From: Azolla caroliniana | Lineage: Eukaryota > Plantae > Polypodiophyta | DNA length: 64,000 nt | Assembly (NCBI GenBank): GCA_043228905.1 | Contig: JBHGNT010000007.1 | Coordinates: forward strand, 930,001 to 994,000 | Direction of reading: 5' to 3' | Shown: positions 45,988 through 59,185 of the stretch, one piece after another | Position numbering within the stretch: position 1 is the stretch's first letter | Layout: each line of letters begins with the position of its first letter | Position numbers and translations under genes: made by a program | The notes under the pieces: generated by a model | Seen by the model: the letters and a program-made list of their open reading frames with translations, nothing else | What the model was told of the DNA's origin: nothing | Database searches by the model: none

Positions 45988-48900
45988 ATGGAAACACGAA
46001 GCCGTAAGAGGGCGGAGGCCACAGGAAGACGGCCATCGCCACCCAATAACGCTAGCAACAAAAGACCTCGTATTTCCCCTTCCTCCCCTCCTCTCCCTCG
46101 CTCCATCATCAACAGCAATAAGCATCAAGTTTACACGAATTCAATTACTAATACAACCACGCTCACAAATACAACTACCGCCACCGTTTCTAGATTGCCT
46201 GCAAATTCCACAGTTTCTCAATTGCCCACAAGTTTCAATACAAATACAACTACGACAACTACAACAACTACAACAGCAGTTTCGCGATTCCAAGACGTAA
46301 GTATGGATTCCCCCCCTTTCCATTCATCTTCTTCCACATCAAAGTCTGCGAAAAAAGAGGCTGAAAAAGAGAAAGAGGAAGACCTAGGCCGTCGAACCTC
46401 ATCCCGCATGGAAAGAGAGAGAGAGGCCGCGGCCGACAATAAAGGGAAGGAGAAAGAGCCACGGGCTGGCGGTGATAGAGACAGAGAAAGAGGAGATAGA
46501 GATGGACCGGCCCCTTCAGGTGATGAAGAACACAATGATGTGGAGGGTAATAGTAGGCAATATAACTTGGCTTCAGCAAGTAGTGCCCTCCACGGACTCC
46601 TTAGAAAGCTTGGTGCAGGTTTTGATGACCTTCTTCCTTCATCGAGCCCGCATCAAAGTAGTAAGCTAAAGAGGATTTTGTCAGGATTGAGAGCCGATGG
46701 TGAAGAAGGGAGGCAACTTGAGTCTCTATCTCAGCTCTGCGAATTGCTTTCTATCGGAACTGAAGAGTCACTTAGTAGCTTCTCAGTTGATTCATTTGTT
46801 CCTGTCCTTGTGAGTCTGTTGAACCATGAATATAATGCTGATATGATGCTATTGGCGGCACGTGCACTTACACACCTTTGCGATGTACTTCCATCCTCGT
46901 GTGCCGCGGTTGTGCATTATGGGGCGGTGCCTTGTTTGTGTGCTCGCCTTCTTACTATTGAATACATTGATCTTGCGGAACAGGTATTGATTACGTGTCA
47001 CTCCAGTATTTCATTCCTCACTTAGCTATCTATCAGCTCCATCTGTCACTCTGTGATTGATTACGTTTTGTAACATAAATATCGGTTTTATATGTCACTC
47101 TATGATTAGCTTTCATGCTTGGTTACTTTCCTTACAATAAATGTGAGAAACATTCAGTTATTCCTTTACTCTCTTCAAGCACATTCAACCATGTTGAATA
47201 TGTATGCCATTCTATGATTGAACTGTTTGCTCAATTATATTTCTTAACTAAATCTGACTAAGAACACATTGTTATCCTTTTAGTCTCTTCAAGCTCTTGA
47301 TAAAATATCGCATGAACATCCAACTGCATGCTTAAGAGCAGGAGCGCTGCTTGCTGTTCTCTCTTATCTGGATTTCTTTTCCACGGGTGTTCAGGTACAG
47401 TAGAATCACATGCAATTTGCTAAAAACTTGATATCGTAGATTTTCCAGGTATACCTAATAGAAAGTCTTTTGTTTTCTTACTCCTACAGAGGGTTGCTGT
47501 CTCTACTGCTGCGAATATCTGCCGGCAACTGCCATCAGATGCATCTGATTTTGTTATGGAGGCTGTGCCAATATTGACCAATCTTCTTCAATACCAAGAT
47601 GCAAAGGTGATTGATATGCTCAATGTAGACATATCGATAATGATTCAAGTTTGGCAGGATCCCTAACTTTCATGCATGATAATTTTGCAGGTGGTAGAGC
47701 ATGCTTCAATTTGCTTGACTCGAATAGCAGAGTCATTTGCCTTGTCTTCAGAGAAGTTGGATACACTTTGCTCTCATGGTCTCATTTCTCAAGCTGTGCG
47801 TCTTATCTCAGTTAGCGCCTCCAGTGGGGGTTCGGTTTCACAAACATCTCTTAGCAACTCAACATACACGGTATATGCTACCACACACCCTTTAGCTTTG
47901 TAGCGCATTTTAAAGAGATTCAATTGGAGCCATTCTGATCCTTTATTGTATATGCAAAAAAGGAAGCTGACTGAGATATTTATTTAATAAATTTAAACTT
48001 CAGGGTTTGATACGATTGTTGTCAACTTGTGCGAGTGGTTCAGCAGTTGCTGCTGAGAATCTTCTTCTTCTGAATGTTAGTAGCATCTTGAAGGACATTC
48101 TGGCTGGGTCTGGACTAGTTGCCAGTATTTCTGTGGTGCCATCTTCCATGAATAGGCCTCCAGAGCAGGTATTATTCTGGAAAAGTTTCATACAAATTTG
48201 TTGACTTTTCTCTACACACATTAGATAATTGAATGTTTGCACATTACCCACAGTTCATTTTGAATCTAAAATAAATCCTTGTGAATATGCACCTCTGTTA
48301 TTTGCAATGAGTTGAATCGTGTTGTGCATTGCTGTTGTGGATTGATGAAGTTATGTGAAGCTGAAATGACAACCTTTTGAATACATCTTCCTCTCTCTGT
48401 TACAGCTTTACGAGCTGGTGAATCTTGTCAATGAACTGCTTCCACCAATGCCGCAACTTGCAGTGCCTCAAGAGGGTCCAATCATCTCGCGTAATACATC
48501 ACGCAGACAACCAACCTCTGCAAAACTGGACGAAAACTCCCATTCCTCCATTCGAGAAAAACTACTTTTGGATCATCCAGATATCCTAATACAGTTTGGA
48601 ACAGACCTCTTTTCAGTACTCATCCAGGTGTTTGTTTAGCATGATTTGGTTTCCCCCATGTATATAGAAGTCCTTTATCTATTGATTGTTCTTATCATGA
48701 TGTTTTGTGCAATAGGTATATGGCTCTAGTGTGAACCCACCTGTTCGTTATAAATGTCTTGCTGCAATGAGTAAGCTGGTACATTTTAGCACAGCCGACA
48801 TGTTACGATCTCTCTTCAGAGACTTAAACATATCAAGGTAAACAGTTGTTTGGCTCTATTGGTCTTAAGGGCTAAAAGAAAAGCAGTCTCATAACCAATA

Positions 48901-51900
48901 CGTTTTCTGCCTGATGTTTCTGCAGCTTCTTGGCTGGAGTTTTGGCTCTGAAAGATTCATCTATAATTCTTACTGCTCTGCAAATAGCAGACATATTGAT
49001 GAGGAAACTCCCTGATGTATTCATGAAGCTTTTTGTGAAAGAAGGGGTACTACATGCAATCGATAATTTGATTGCTAGTGATAATGGGAATTCATCGTCA
49101 CCACTTCCACTTCCACTTCCACTTCCACAATCTGTCACCAAGACTGGAGATGGATCTGCAGGGACTCATGAAGGAACTCCACCTGTGAGAACCCGACGTG
49201 GAACACGTAGCCGAGGTTCTGGAGTATCCACTCCTGAAGATTTGAAAGGTTTGAGTTTCATCCCTGTGGGATCACCCCCATCATCCTCTGGTGGTGACAC
49301 TAGTGCTCAGTCATCAAAGAGTGGACTACGAGCATTGGCTATCTCAACTGCCAAAAGCTTCAAGGCAGCTCATTTTCCTGCTGATTCAGCCATTGCTGAT
49401 GTTGGAGTGACCGAGAGCCTTAGCAAGCTTAAGGCTTTGTGTGCGAAACTGAATGGTGAGACTTCACCAGGGTGCAAGGGTAAATGGAAAGGAAAAGGCA
49501 AAGCGGGAGTGCTGACTTCAGCAGAAAGGGATGAAATGATGCTTGCTGCCATAGGAGAGGTGTTTGCTGAGCTCAGTAGGGGGGATGGTGTGTCTACCTT
49601 TGAGTTCGTGGGGTCTGGAATCATTGTTGCTCTTTTGAATTTCTTTTCTGGCGGAAATCAATGTAAAGAGAATCTAACTGATCCCGGGCTTCGTCAACAA
49701 GCATTGGAGAGATTGAAACAGTTTGTTATGCTTGGTATTCCTTCCAGTATTGATGGAAAAGAAGCGCCTATCACTGTCCTGGTTAGAAAACTCCAGAATG
49801 CACTGGCATCTCTTGAACGTTTTCCTGTGATTTTAAGCCATGCACCTCGATCAGTAACTGGAAACGCGAGCGTTGCATCTGGATTGAGTGCTTTAGCCCA
49901 TCCGTTCAAACTGCGTCTCTGTAGAGTGCCTGGAGAGAGAGGCCTGCGAGATTACTCATCAAATATTGTTTTAATTGACCCTTTGGCTACACTATCATCA
50001 ATTGAAGATTTTCTGTGGCCTCGGGTGCAAAGATCCGATTCTTCCCACAAATCGTCAGCTGTTAACAACTCAGAAGGTGCAAGTGCACCAAGCACAACTT
50101 CTCCACCTACATCTACTCCACCTACTACAAGGCCCTCAACCAGATCAAGGGCATCGGCAGCAAGGTCATCTGAAACTCCTCCAGGAACTAGGAAGGATTT
50201 GGAAACTGCTGGCAATACTAGTTCATCGAAAGGGAAAGGTAAGATGGGTGCTCGGAGCCCAGATGAAACTAAAGGTCCAGAGACGAGGAATGCAGCTGCG
50301 AGGAGGCGTGCAGCTGCTGTAGCGGCATGTGTTGCTGTGTCCAAACATTCCCATGGTGATTCGGTAGCACCATTTGGAAGTGAGGTAAGATGCTGCCATT
50401 TTTATCAGTAAATGTTTCAATGAATGGTACATTCTGAAGGCTTACATTGTATTTTGAATGATTGTTTTCAGGATGATGATGCAGAAGTCTCCCCTGTTGA
50501 GTTAGATGAGGCAATGGCTATGGCTATGGATGAGGATGAATTCTCAGAGGAGGAAGAGGAAGAAGAGCACGAAGAGGTATTATGATGTGATCCATTATTG
50601 TGAATAAAATTTTGATGGATCAGTTCATTTCCACATTTCTCACTGGTTTTTGTTGGTATGAAGGTTTTTGGAGAGGAACCTGCAGCAGTTTGTGTCCGTG
50701 AACGTGTGCATGCTGTTCAGCTAGGAGATTCTGGAGTGTCTGCTACTGGAGGGCCTTCCACAAGTGGCATATTGTGTGATACAGTATCTAAACCTACTGG
50801 ATTTAACTCTGCTGTGGAAGGTATCCATTTTGGCAATCGCACATCACTATTGACAGCAGGGGGTCTTGATTCACATGAGGTGAGAACAGGGGCCTCCTTT
50901 GCGTCAAGGAACTCCTTGTCTTTTGCTGCTGCAGCCATGGCTGGACTTGCATCAGCAAGTAGTAAAGGTGTACGTGCTGGAAGAGACCGTCGCTCACTTC
51001 CATCAGGGTCTTCATCATCATCCTCTTCTGCACCTGCAAGACTTTCTTTCTTTTTATCTGGAAAGCCACTCAATAGATTATCCACGATTTTCCAGGCCAT
51101 ACAACGGCAGGCCATTGCGGATGAGGATGAGGATGAACGATTTACTGCTCCAGATTATTCCTCCGGTGAAGGTAAACGGCTTTGGGATGAAGTCTATAAT
51201 ATTAGCTATCAGAAAGCAGAATCTGTTTCTGAGAAGGGATCTGTAGGAGCTTCGAGCAGTAGCTCAACTCCAAAAGTTATAGGAGAAGTCTGTAATATGG
51301 CTGTGAGCAATACTACTAATTACAATTCTAAAGCTGACGGATCATGCCAACAATCATTACTCGATAGCATTTTGATAGGAGAGCTCCCCTGTGATTTAGA
51401 TAAGTCTAACTCAACATACTCCATTCTTCTATTGCTTCGAGTATTGGATGGTTTGAACCGCCTAGCCCCTCGCTTGCATGCTCAAGTAATTTCAGACGCG
51501 TATGTAGAAGGAAGGATAACACATGCAAATGGCGTGGCTTTAGGACCTTTGATTCCTCAGGAAGAGTTTTTGAGCAATAAATTAACACCAAAGCTAGCTC
51601 GTCAAATGCAAGATGCTCTTGCTTTATGTAGTGGGGGCCTTCCTGCATGGTGCTACCAGTTGACACGCGCCTGTCCATTCCTTTTCCCTTTTGAAACAAG
51701 AAGGCAATATTTTTATTCCACTGCATTTGGTTTATCTCGTGCGTTGCAACGATTACAACAGCAACAAAGTGCAGATAACCCTAATCCTTCAAATGATAGA
51801 GAATTGCGCATTGGCAGATTGCAACGCCAGAAGGTTCGAGTTTCGAGGAACCGAATTCTAGATTCTGCTGCCAAAGTCATGGAGCTGTATTCCAGCCACA

Positions 51901-54900
51901 AAGCTGTACTAGAAGTGGAATACTTTGGGGAAGTAGGGACAGGCCTAGGCCCAACATTAGAGTTTTACACATTGTTGAGTCGTGATCTTCAAAAGGTTTC
52001 ACTGGAGATGTGGCGTAACAGCTCAAGTGTAGGAATGCGCGAAAGTGTTTCAAGTGGCGACTTAATTATGCAAGATGCCGATGCTGAAATCTTAGATGAG
52101 AATGTTGTTGTGCCTGAGGGAAATGACGTGAGCAATGAACTCCCCGAAGATGGAGAATATGTGCTTGCTCCATATGGGTTATTTCCACGTCCATGGCCAA
52201 CCACCTCGGAGAGTACCAGATACACGAAGGTCATAGCATATTATTGTCTTCTAGGTCGTACAATGGCCAAAGCCCTTCAGGACGGCCGCCTTTTGGATTT
52301 GCCGCTGTCCACGGCCTTCTACAAATTTATGCTTGGGCAGGTAATTCCATGTGTTTTATGCATTGCAGAAACATGTACATATGAATCAAACCGTCCTGTT
52401 TTTAGTAACTTAAATAGAACAAAGAATAAACTGTTTGACAAGGAACACTGCATGGAGGCCCTGGTCTTGGGAACATCCCCACTTCAGTCATACACTCTCC
52501 CAACTGATTGAACCCTGTCCGTGATAGAAACTTTTGCATTAGAAGGTGAAAAAAGGTAGCTGAAAACCAAATTTTCATGATCAAGTTTCTTTAGCTGGAT
52601 CGGTCAAGAATAGAGCTAACTTTGGTAGAACAAGCAGATTTACACTCATAACTATTCCTAAATATCTTTCCTATGTTCAATCTGTATATTTTCTAAAAGC
52701 TGTTTATGAGTAAAATACAGAAACAATCTGAGATTTTCAATCTGAGGTGTATATGCTGAAATATATATTTTCATCTTCAAGATAGGTAGAAGAAGGCATA
52801 CATATTACTATCAATAGAAATAGCATATAAACTTCCGTGTGTTGAATGAGCTGTATTTGCAGGAGCTCGATCTTCATGATATAAAGCTTCTAGATCCTGA
52901 GTTGGGAGCGACTCTGCAAGAAATGCAAAACCTTGTTCGTAGAAAGCAGTTTTTGGAGTCCTCAGGTGGAAGCAAGCAAGCATTGCAGACTTTGCTCTTT
53001 CGTGACACCAAGATTGAAGATTTGTGCCTGGACTTTACTCTTCCCGGATATCCAGACTATGTCTTGAAGCCAGATGGACAAAATATTACAGTAATGATTC
53101 TTTTAGTCTTTATTGTACATATATTGTTTTTTGGAATTAAAATCCTTATTTTCATTTCTCGCGTAATCATGGCACAGGTTAATCTTGAGACACTTGAAGA
53201 GTATGTGAATCTTGTAGTTGATGCTACTGTTAAGGCCGGTATTTCTGCACAAATGGACGCATTCCGATCTGGGTTCAATGAGGTTTGTTGGAAAATATCC
53301 TTGTTTGGTATATTAGATGTGTACTAATTGAACAAGTGGTCTCTTGTTTCATGTTAGAACGATCTTTTGAAGGGTTTGAAACATTCTGATGGTGTAGATG
53401 ATTGCAATTTTTTTAAGAGCTGTATACACAACATACAAGCAGCTTAACATTTAATGCTTAAGATCATGATAAACAATAGATAGCGATATTTAGGATAAAA
53501 TCATGTGCTAAGTTGACCAAAACAAAGCTGTGAAATGTTCTGAAGACATATGTTTCACTAGATACCAATTATAATATGTGAATTGTACAAGCATATTTAC
53601 ATAATAAAATAGGAAAGTCTCAACTGAGAAACATCAACAACACAGTGAGTGAGCATTCTTCTTTCTCTCGATTTCTTACAATGTTAATTTTTAGTATTTG
53701 ATTATAAGTAATTCATGCAAACAATAATTTCCTTTAACCTCCATATTTTAAGCTGTGTTTGGATAATACTTCTTTCTATTTCTAAATGTTCCAACTGTTC
53801 ATCCATGGATATTGGCACTCTGTTATAGGAATGTGGACACAACTTATTTATTGTAACTTGCTTCTTATGAGAATACTGAGATAATGTTAGTAACAAGAGG
53901 TTCAGATGTAGTTTATGTTTTAATATTGAACCAAAAGAAGGGAATTATATATGCTGTATACAACAGGTTTTCCAAATTTCAACACTCCAGATATTCAATG
54001 AAGATGAGCTTGACTATTTACTCTGTGGTTGCAACGAAATGTGGACTGTGAGTGATTCTATCGCAATAGTATACCAGGTAACTTTATTGATGCCTTGCTT
54101 GAGCTAATGTTTGATGCTCTTTATTCTGGTTGATGCAGGCGGAGACACTTGCAGAGCATATAAAGTTTGATCATGGTTATACAGTAGCGAGTCCACCAAT
54201 TCGAAATGTAAGTTTTTTAGGCTTCTGATACTTGGGTCAGCAGGAATCATGTAAAGCTCCCTTTATTAATCACTGTTCATTTTCAGCTTCTTGAGATCAT
54301 GGGGGAGTTCACTTCAGAGCAGCAGCGTGCGTTTTTACGTTTTGTAACTGGAGCTCCAAAGCTTCCTTCTGGTGGTCTTGCTGCTCTCAACCCAAAGCTC
54401 ACCATTGTTCGCAAGGTAAGAAAAAGTGTGTTTCACTATTATAACTAAGCCAAATAGCCAAGGAAAAGTGTGTTTCACCATTATTCACAAAATAACAGCT
54501 AGATAGCCAAGAAAAAGTATATTTCACTTTCATTTGCAAGTTTCTATATTTCTAGTAATCGAGAGGTAGCCAAGAGAAGTGTGATTAATGTACGATTTTA
54601 ATTTTTAAAAACGTCATTTCCAGCATCCAACTGGAGCTAGTGGTGCAGCATCTGTTTTGGGTACTACCCCACCTGGAACTTCAACTTTAGGAACTCCATT
54701 AGCAGATGGTGACTTACCTAGTGTGATGACCTGCGCAAACTATTTGAAGCTACCTCCATATTCTTGCAAGGTAAAATAGGAAGGTTTCTAGTGTAGGATG
54801 TATAATAATACTTTTTGTTTCCGAGATTGTTCTTATAAATGAGAAAGCATTCTTTCCATTATAGGAGGTGATGCGGGAAAGGCTGCTTTTTGCCATATCT

Positions 54901-54930
54901 GAAGGGCAGGGTTCTTTTGACTTGTCGTGA
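45988..54930 (+). CDS. UPL3: HECT E3 ubiquitin-protein ligase UPL3/KAKTUS-like (ARM repeats + HECT), 17 exons, ~1992 aa
   Basis: Exons 45988-46983, 47284-47394, 47490-47606, 47691-47870, 48004-48168, 48406-48627, 48716-48837, 48926-50384, 50472-50576, 50664-52340, 52863-53090, 53178-53282, 53967-54047, 54139-54207, 54287-54415, 54624-54770, 54865-54930, all GT-AG with consistent phases. Motifs [44 protein letters not shown], catalytic [16 protein letters not shown] and C-terminal EGQGSFDLS*. Confidence 0.96.
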
Positions 54931-56958
54931 GTGCTGGAGTTCCTTGGCATGAAGAATCAGAAGTTCATTGGGGCGTGGGTTTATGGGCATGGTAAAGCAT
55001 TGCTAGTTTGCTTTCAATCTTCTGTCCTACGCATGTTCCTGGTGGGGGTCTCCTAAAGGTAATGAATGGGTTGGAGATATGTTGTCTAGACCACCATGTA
55101 CAGAGGAGCATTGGATTGGTACACGCCTATTGAACTGATATCAAATCTATATATTGCCAACTTTCTGATAAAATCCCCTGTCCTCGTCACATTCTTTATG
55201 TGGATCTTTGTAAAGAAAATATGTGAAGCTTGCCTTGATTGATCTCTTTGAGCAAACAGAACCCATTGGTTGGAGAACGCAAACCATGTTCAGATTTTCT
55301 TGAGATTGAATGCATTTGTTGATATATGCCGAATGGGTGAAAAATGGATCCAGAAAGTTATTTTTTATGGGTGCATATACATGTGATGCAAAAGACATTA
55401 AAGATGGAGATTGTGAAGATTATGACCATCTTATCAAGTGTTGCACATAGCAATTGTTAGCTTTGCATTGAGGCAAGGATGATTTCTTTGCAGTCTCAAA
55501 TGTGCCTTTTTTGAAGTTGCTTTGAATGAAAAATTACAATATACTGGGGTTGCTACAGACTAATATTATATTTCAAGAATGTGTTAAAAATGTTTGGTCA
55601 GTTACTGATGACTAGACAAATGTACTTGCCGATGCTCTCTGCTGATCACATTTGTCATTTGTTGGACATTTATCCTTTTTGTAACCACAATATGTTGATG
55701 CATATACCCATTTATGCTCAAATATGCTATATGGTAATGAACATTCAAATTACTCAGAGATAGACTTTTGGGATTGGTTGAATGTCACATCCCTATGCAG
55801 TTTAATTACAATGGAAAATTACAGCAATAATCTTAATGGCTTTGGAAACAAATATTGTGGCATTTAATCATACTTGAACGTTTTTGTATTGTGTATATGT
55901 TTGATTGCGTTGTGGTTTTGGAATAAATAGTCGAAGGGAACTTAACATATATTCCAGTGAAAACTAATTGGAATTACCTTTTTGGTGGGTGCTTCCATGC
56001 AGTCATTCCCTTTTAATGACATGTTTACTTTGCAGAGCATCAAAGAAATGAGGCTCTCTAGATATGTAATCACATTAATCTCAGAAAGATGAGTGGGCGA
56101 TAAAAAAAAGCAACACCCAAAACAAGGGCATTCATGTTTTGTTGAGTACGTTTTACTGTATCGCAAGCATTTTATAAGGTGTCGCTCTACATGGTCATTC
56201 TTTACAAGACATCCAATTTTATGCCTCAACTTGCAAATCTAATCATTCTTGTATAGATCAAGCAAAAGATGGAGACAACTTCTGAGAGAGATAGTATTAG
56301 CTTCAATCCAACAAAATTTCGATGACATTGCCTTTTGAACTAGAGAAATTGTAGGCAATTTTTGTCTTGAACCTGGTAGTAATAGGATGCAGTAACAAGA
56401 GGTTGCAAATGTTATCCGTTGGTTAAGAGTTAACAAGAAAATGACATAGAAAGGATTACAAAAACGTGAGAGGGGAGCAACTCTAGTTGATTGAGGCCTA
56501 AAGCACAAGGGTGGTGGTGAAAATGAAGTCTCAAGGTGGAAAATAGAGGATATGTATTGTTATTTGGTTGCATTCACAATAATTTATAACTGAATACATC
56601 GGTTGTGAAGGGACCACAACATAAAAAGTTAATAGAGCTTGCGAGATTTCATGACTCGATTGGTTTCATCTTCATTTTTGGAAGGTGGTCCTACATTCAA
56701 ACATAGTGTGTTGTGCAACTTCATGCCGTAGTGCTGAAACTAATGATTATCTCCTAAATGTGAGATGATGGGATATTCTAGGAAATGAAAATCGATGCAT
56801 TGTGTTTTTGGGAGTTCCTAAATTCTAAGTTCTAACCAACAAAAATGAGTTATTATTATGCTCTAAATGGAAATGATAAAGCTTATTATATATTAGAGAC
56901 TCTTATGTTCAAAATGAAAAGTTCAAATATTAATCGTTGCATAAATAAGTGTGTCTAA

Positions 56959-57537
56959 TGTTATAATAACATGAATATATGATTGTTGATGTAGTGAAGA
57001 TTTGTGACGACTAATATGACTCACACGAGGGTTAACACTTGAATTATTAATAAAGTAAAAATGCAAGGCACCTTTTAGTGGGGATAATTTTATGATATAA
57101 TGAAGTTCATATGTAACCCGTATGGGTATAAAGTGAAGTGAAAGAAGGCCGAAGTGTGAAAGGGCTGAAAGGCCGAATAGCCGAATTATGTAATACCAAA
57201 TTATATTGCCGAATTGTGTAGAATAATGTAAATAGGACATCCGTAACGGTATGTCTTACAACATTGTAACTGTAAAGTGGAAACGGTGTGCCGATTAGTA
57301 GTGTAACTTCTCCATGCTTTTCCTATAAGGGAGCATGTGTATTGTATAAGGGGGCTTAATATATATAGAGATAACTTTCGGCTATACATTGTCTGTGTTT
57401 GTTTATGTCTGTGTCTTTCAGAGTTTATAAGTTAAGTGTTGTGCAGAGCTGATCCGAACATTGATTTATTGCTAGTGTTATTTCCATTTCTCCTACCACG
57501 ATCTTTGACGAAGGGTATTCAAGGATTCCTTATAACA
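56959..57537 (+). mobile_element. Possible solo LTR
   Basis: Bounded by the inverted 8-mers tgttataa...ttataaca, with an internal TATA-like tatatatagag followed by a GT-rich U5-like stretch. No matching TSD. Confidence 0.4.
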
Positions 57538-57764
57538 TAGAGGGGTTCCTTATAAGCTAATTTCACCGATGTCATTACAAATTATGCACATGTGACCCAC
57601 TCGTATAAAAAAGGGTGAGAAAGAGAGAGAAAAGAGTACACAAATGCAAGTTGAAATGTGCATCTAAACTAATAACTAAAGCTCAATTAGTTTTTATTTA
57701 AGGACGATTGTGCCCTCCTATTACATTGCATGGCATAAGATCTTCCCATGCCCTTTGCAGGTAT

Positions 57765-58060
57765 TCGGCGAGATGATTGATGTGGACTTAACGAAGCAAT
57801 TTTCATGGTTTGGATAAAGATGAGTGATGATGGTGTGGAGGAATTTAAACTCGTTTTATTGTCTCTATGTAGGAATTTGGTGGTAATCGGCGAGATGGTT
57901 GATGTGGACTTCACGAAGCAATTTGTATATTTTTGATAAGGATGAGTGATGATGGTGTTGGGGCCGATGCATAAGCTCATGAGGAGAGGAGACAATTGAC
58001 TTAATGCGTTGTATGATAGGAAATTGGTGGTAACCAGCGAGATGGTTGATGTGGAAAGAG
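57765..58060. repeat. Degenerate tandem repeat (3 units, ~120-150 bp)
   Basis: gcgagatg(a/g)ttgatgtgga occurs three times. gataa.gatgagtgatgatggtgt and tagga(a)atttggtggtaa each occur twice. Confidence 0.7.
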
Positions 58061-59185
58061 GAAGCATATTTGTTGAGTTGATAGTATAATGTATTGGATC
58101 GCCTTCAAGTCTGCAATAGACAGACATGGGATACACTGTTATCTACCTTGAAAGTTTCTAGTAGCATTGGGGGTTGTTTGGATAAAGATTATGTTGTACA
58201 TGACTAGATTGAAGAAGTATTGAAAGGTTCGTAACTATGACCTACGAGGGCTTGTTTCCAAATATAAGTACTTTGGTTGTTGTCTATGGATATGATACCT
58301 TGCGTTGTGTCTAAGGAATATCTTACAATGAGTGGATTGTTTTCTCTATTTTGGATTTGTTTCCTCAACTAGTGTCTTTCACAAGACGGGTTGGGGGGGA
58401 AAAACTTTGTATGTTGTAGCTGTTATGACCCTTTTTATACAACTAATGGAAGGATATTTGTTTGGGAAAAAAGATAAGAAAAGATCTTCCCAGGCCCTAT
58501 AACATGGGTTCATTGATGCACTCATTTAAAGAAATATCATTATGTGGATGGTGCCTTTGTTAGAAGGGAAAACGGGTAGAGCCAGATGGAATAGGAATGT
58601 ATCTGGCATAAGAATGGATACGAGAGAAAAGAGAAGATACACAATAATGTTGTTGACCCTTATCAAGAGTATAGTAGTGCTAGGTTTATATCTAGAATAT
58701 AGTAGTGCAAATTAAGCAACGAAACTCTCATCCATGTGCTACGCTATGACACTATTATTAGTCCTTCACATAAAACTAGTTGCATGTATACAAACAAATG
58801 AACATCTAGCTAGAAGGCCATGGCATAAGGAAATGCACATTGAAATAATTGAAAATCTAGCAAAAAGGATATGCTAGATGAATGAGAGGTTGCAACACCA
58901 TAAACAACCAAGCTAAGATATCATCAACCATCGATGAAATGCAAGTGTCTAACACAACTAGAGTCTCTCATGGGCGTGTGTGTATGGATACTGTGGCATA
59001 AAACCTTTTCTCCAAGAAATCACCGATGAACATGTAGTGAAATTTGCTTAAATCCCCGACGATCGCTTCAATTGCCGTGGGAATAGAATATGGTTGCCCA
59101 AGGGCAATGGAGGAAATAAGTAGAAACTCAGGGGCATTTGGGGAAATAGGGGAAATATACAAAGTGATAACATACATATACAGGT

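Noticed and set aside
54418-54585. Repeated tagccaag.aaaagtgtgtttcac motifs in UPL3 intron 15 as an intronic ncRNA
   Set aside because: Three to four degenerate local duplications. No snoRNA box arrangement or stable stem was evident.
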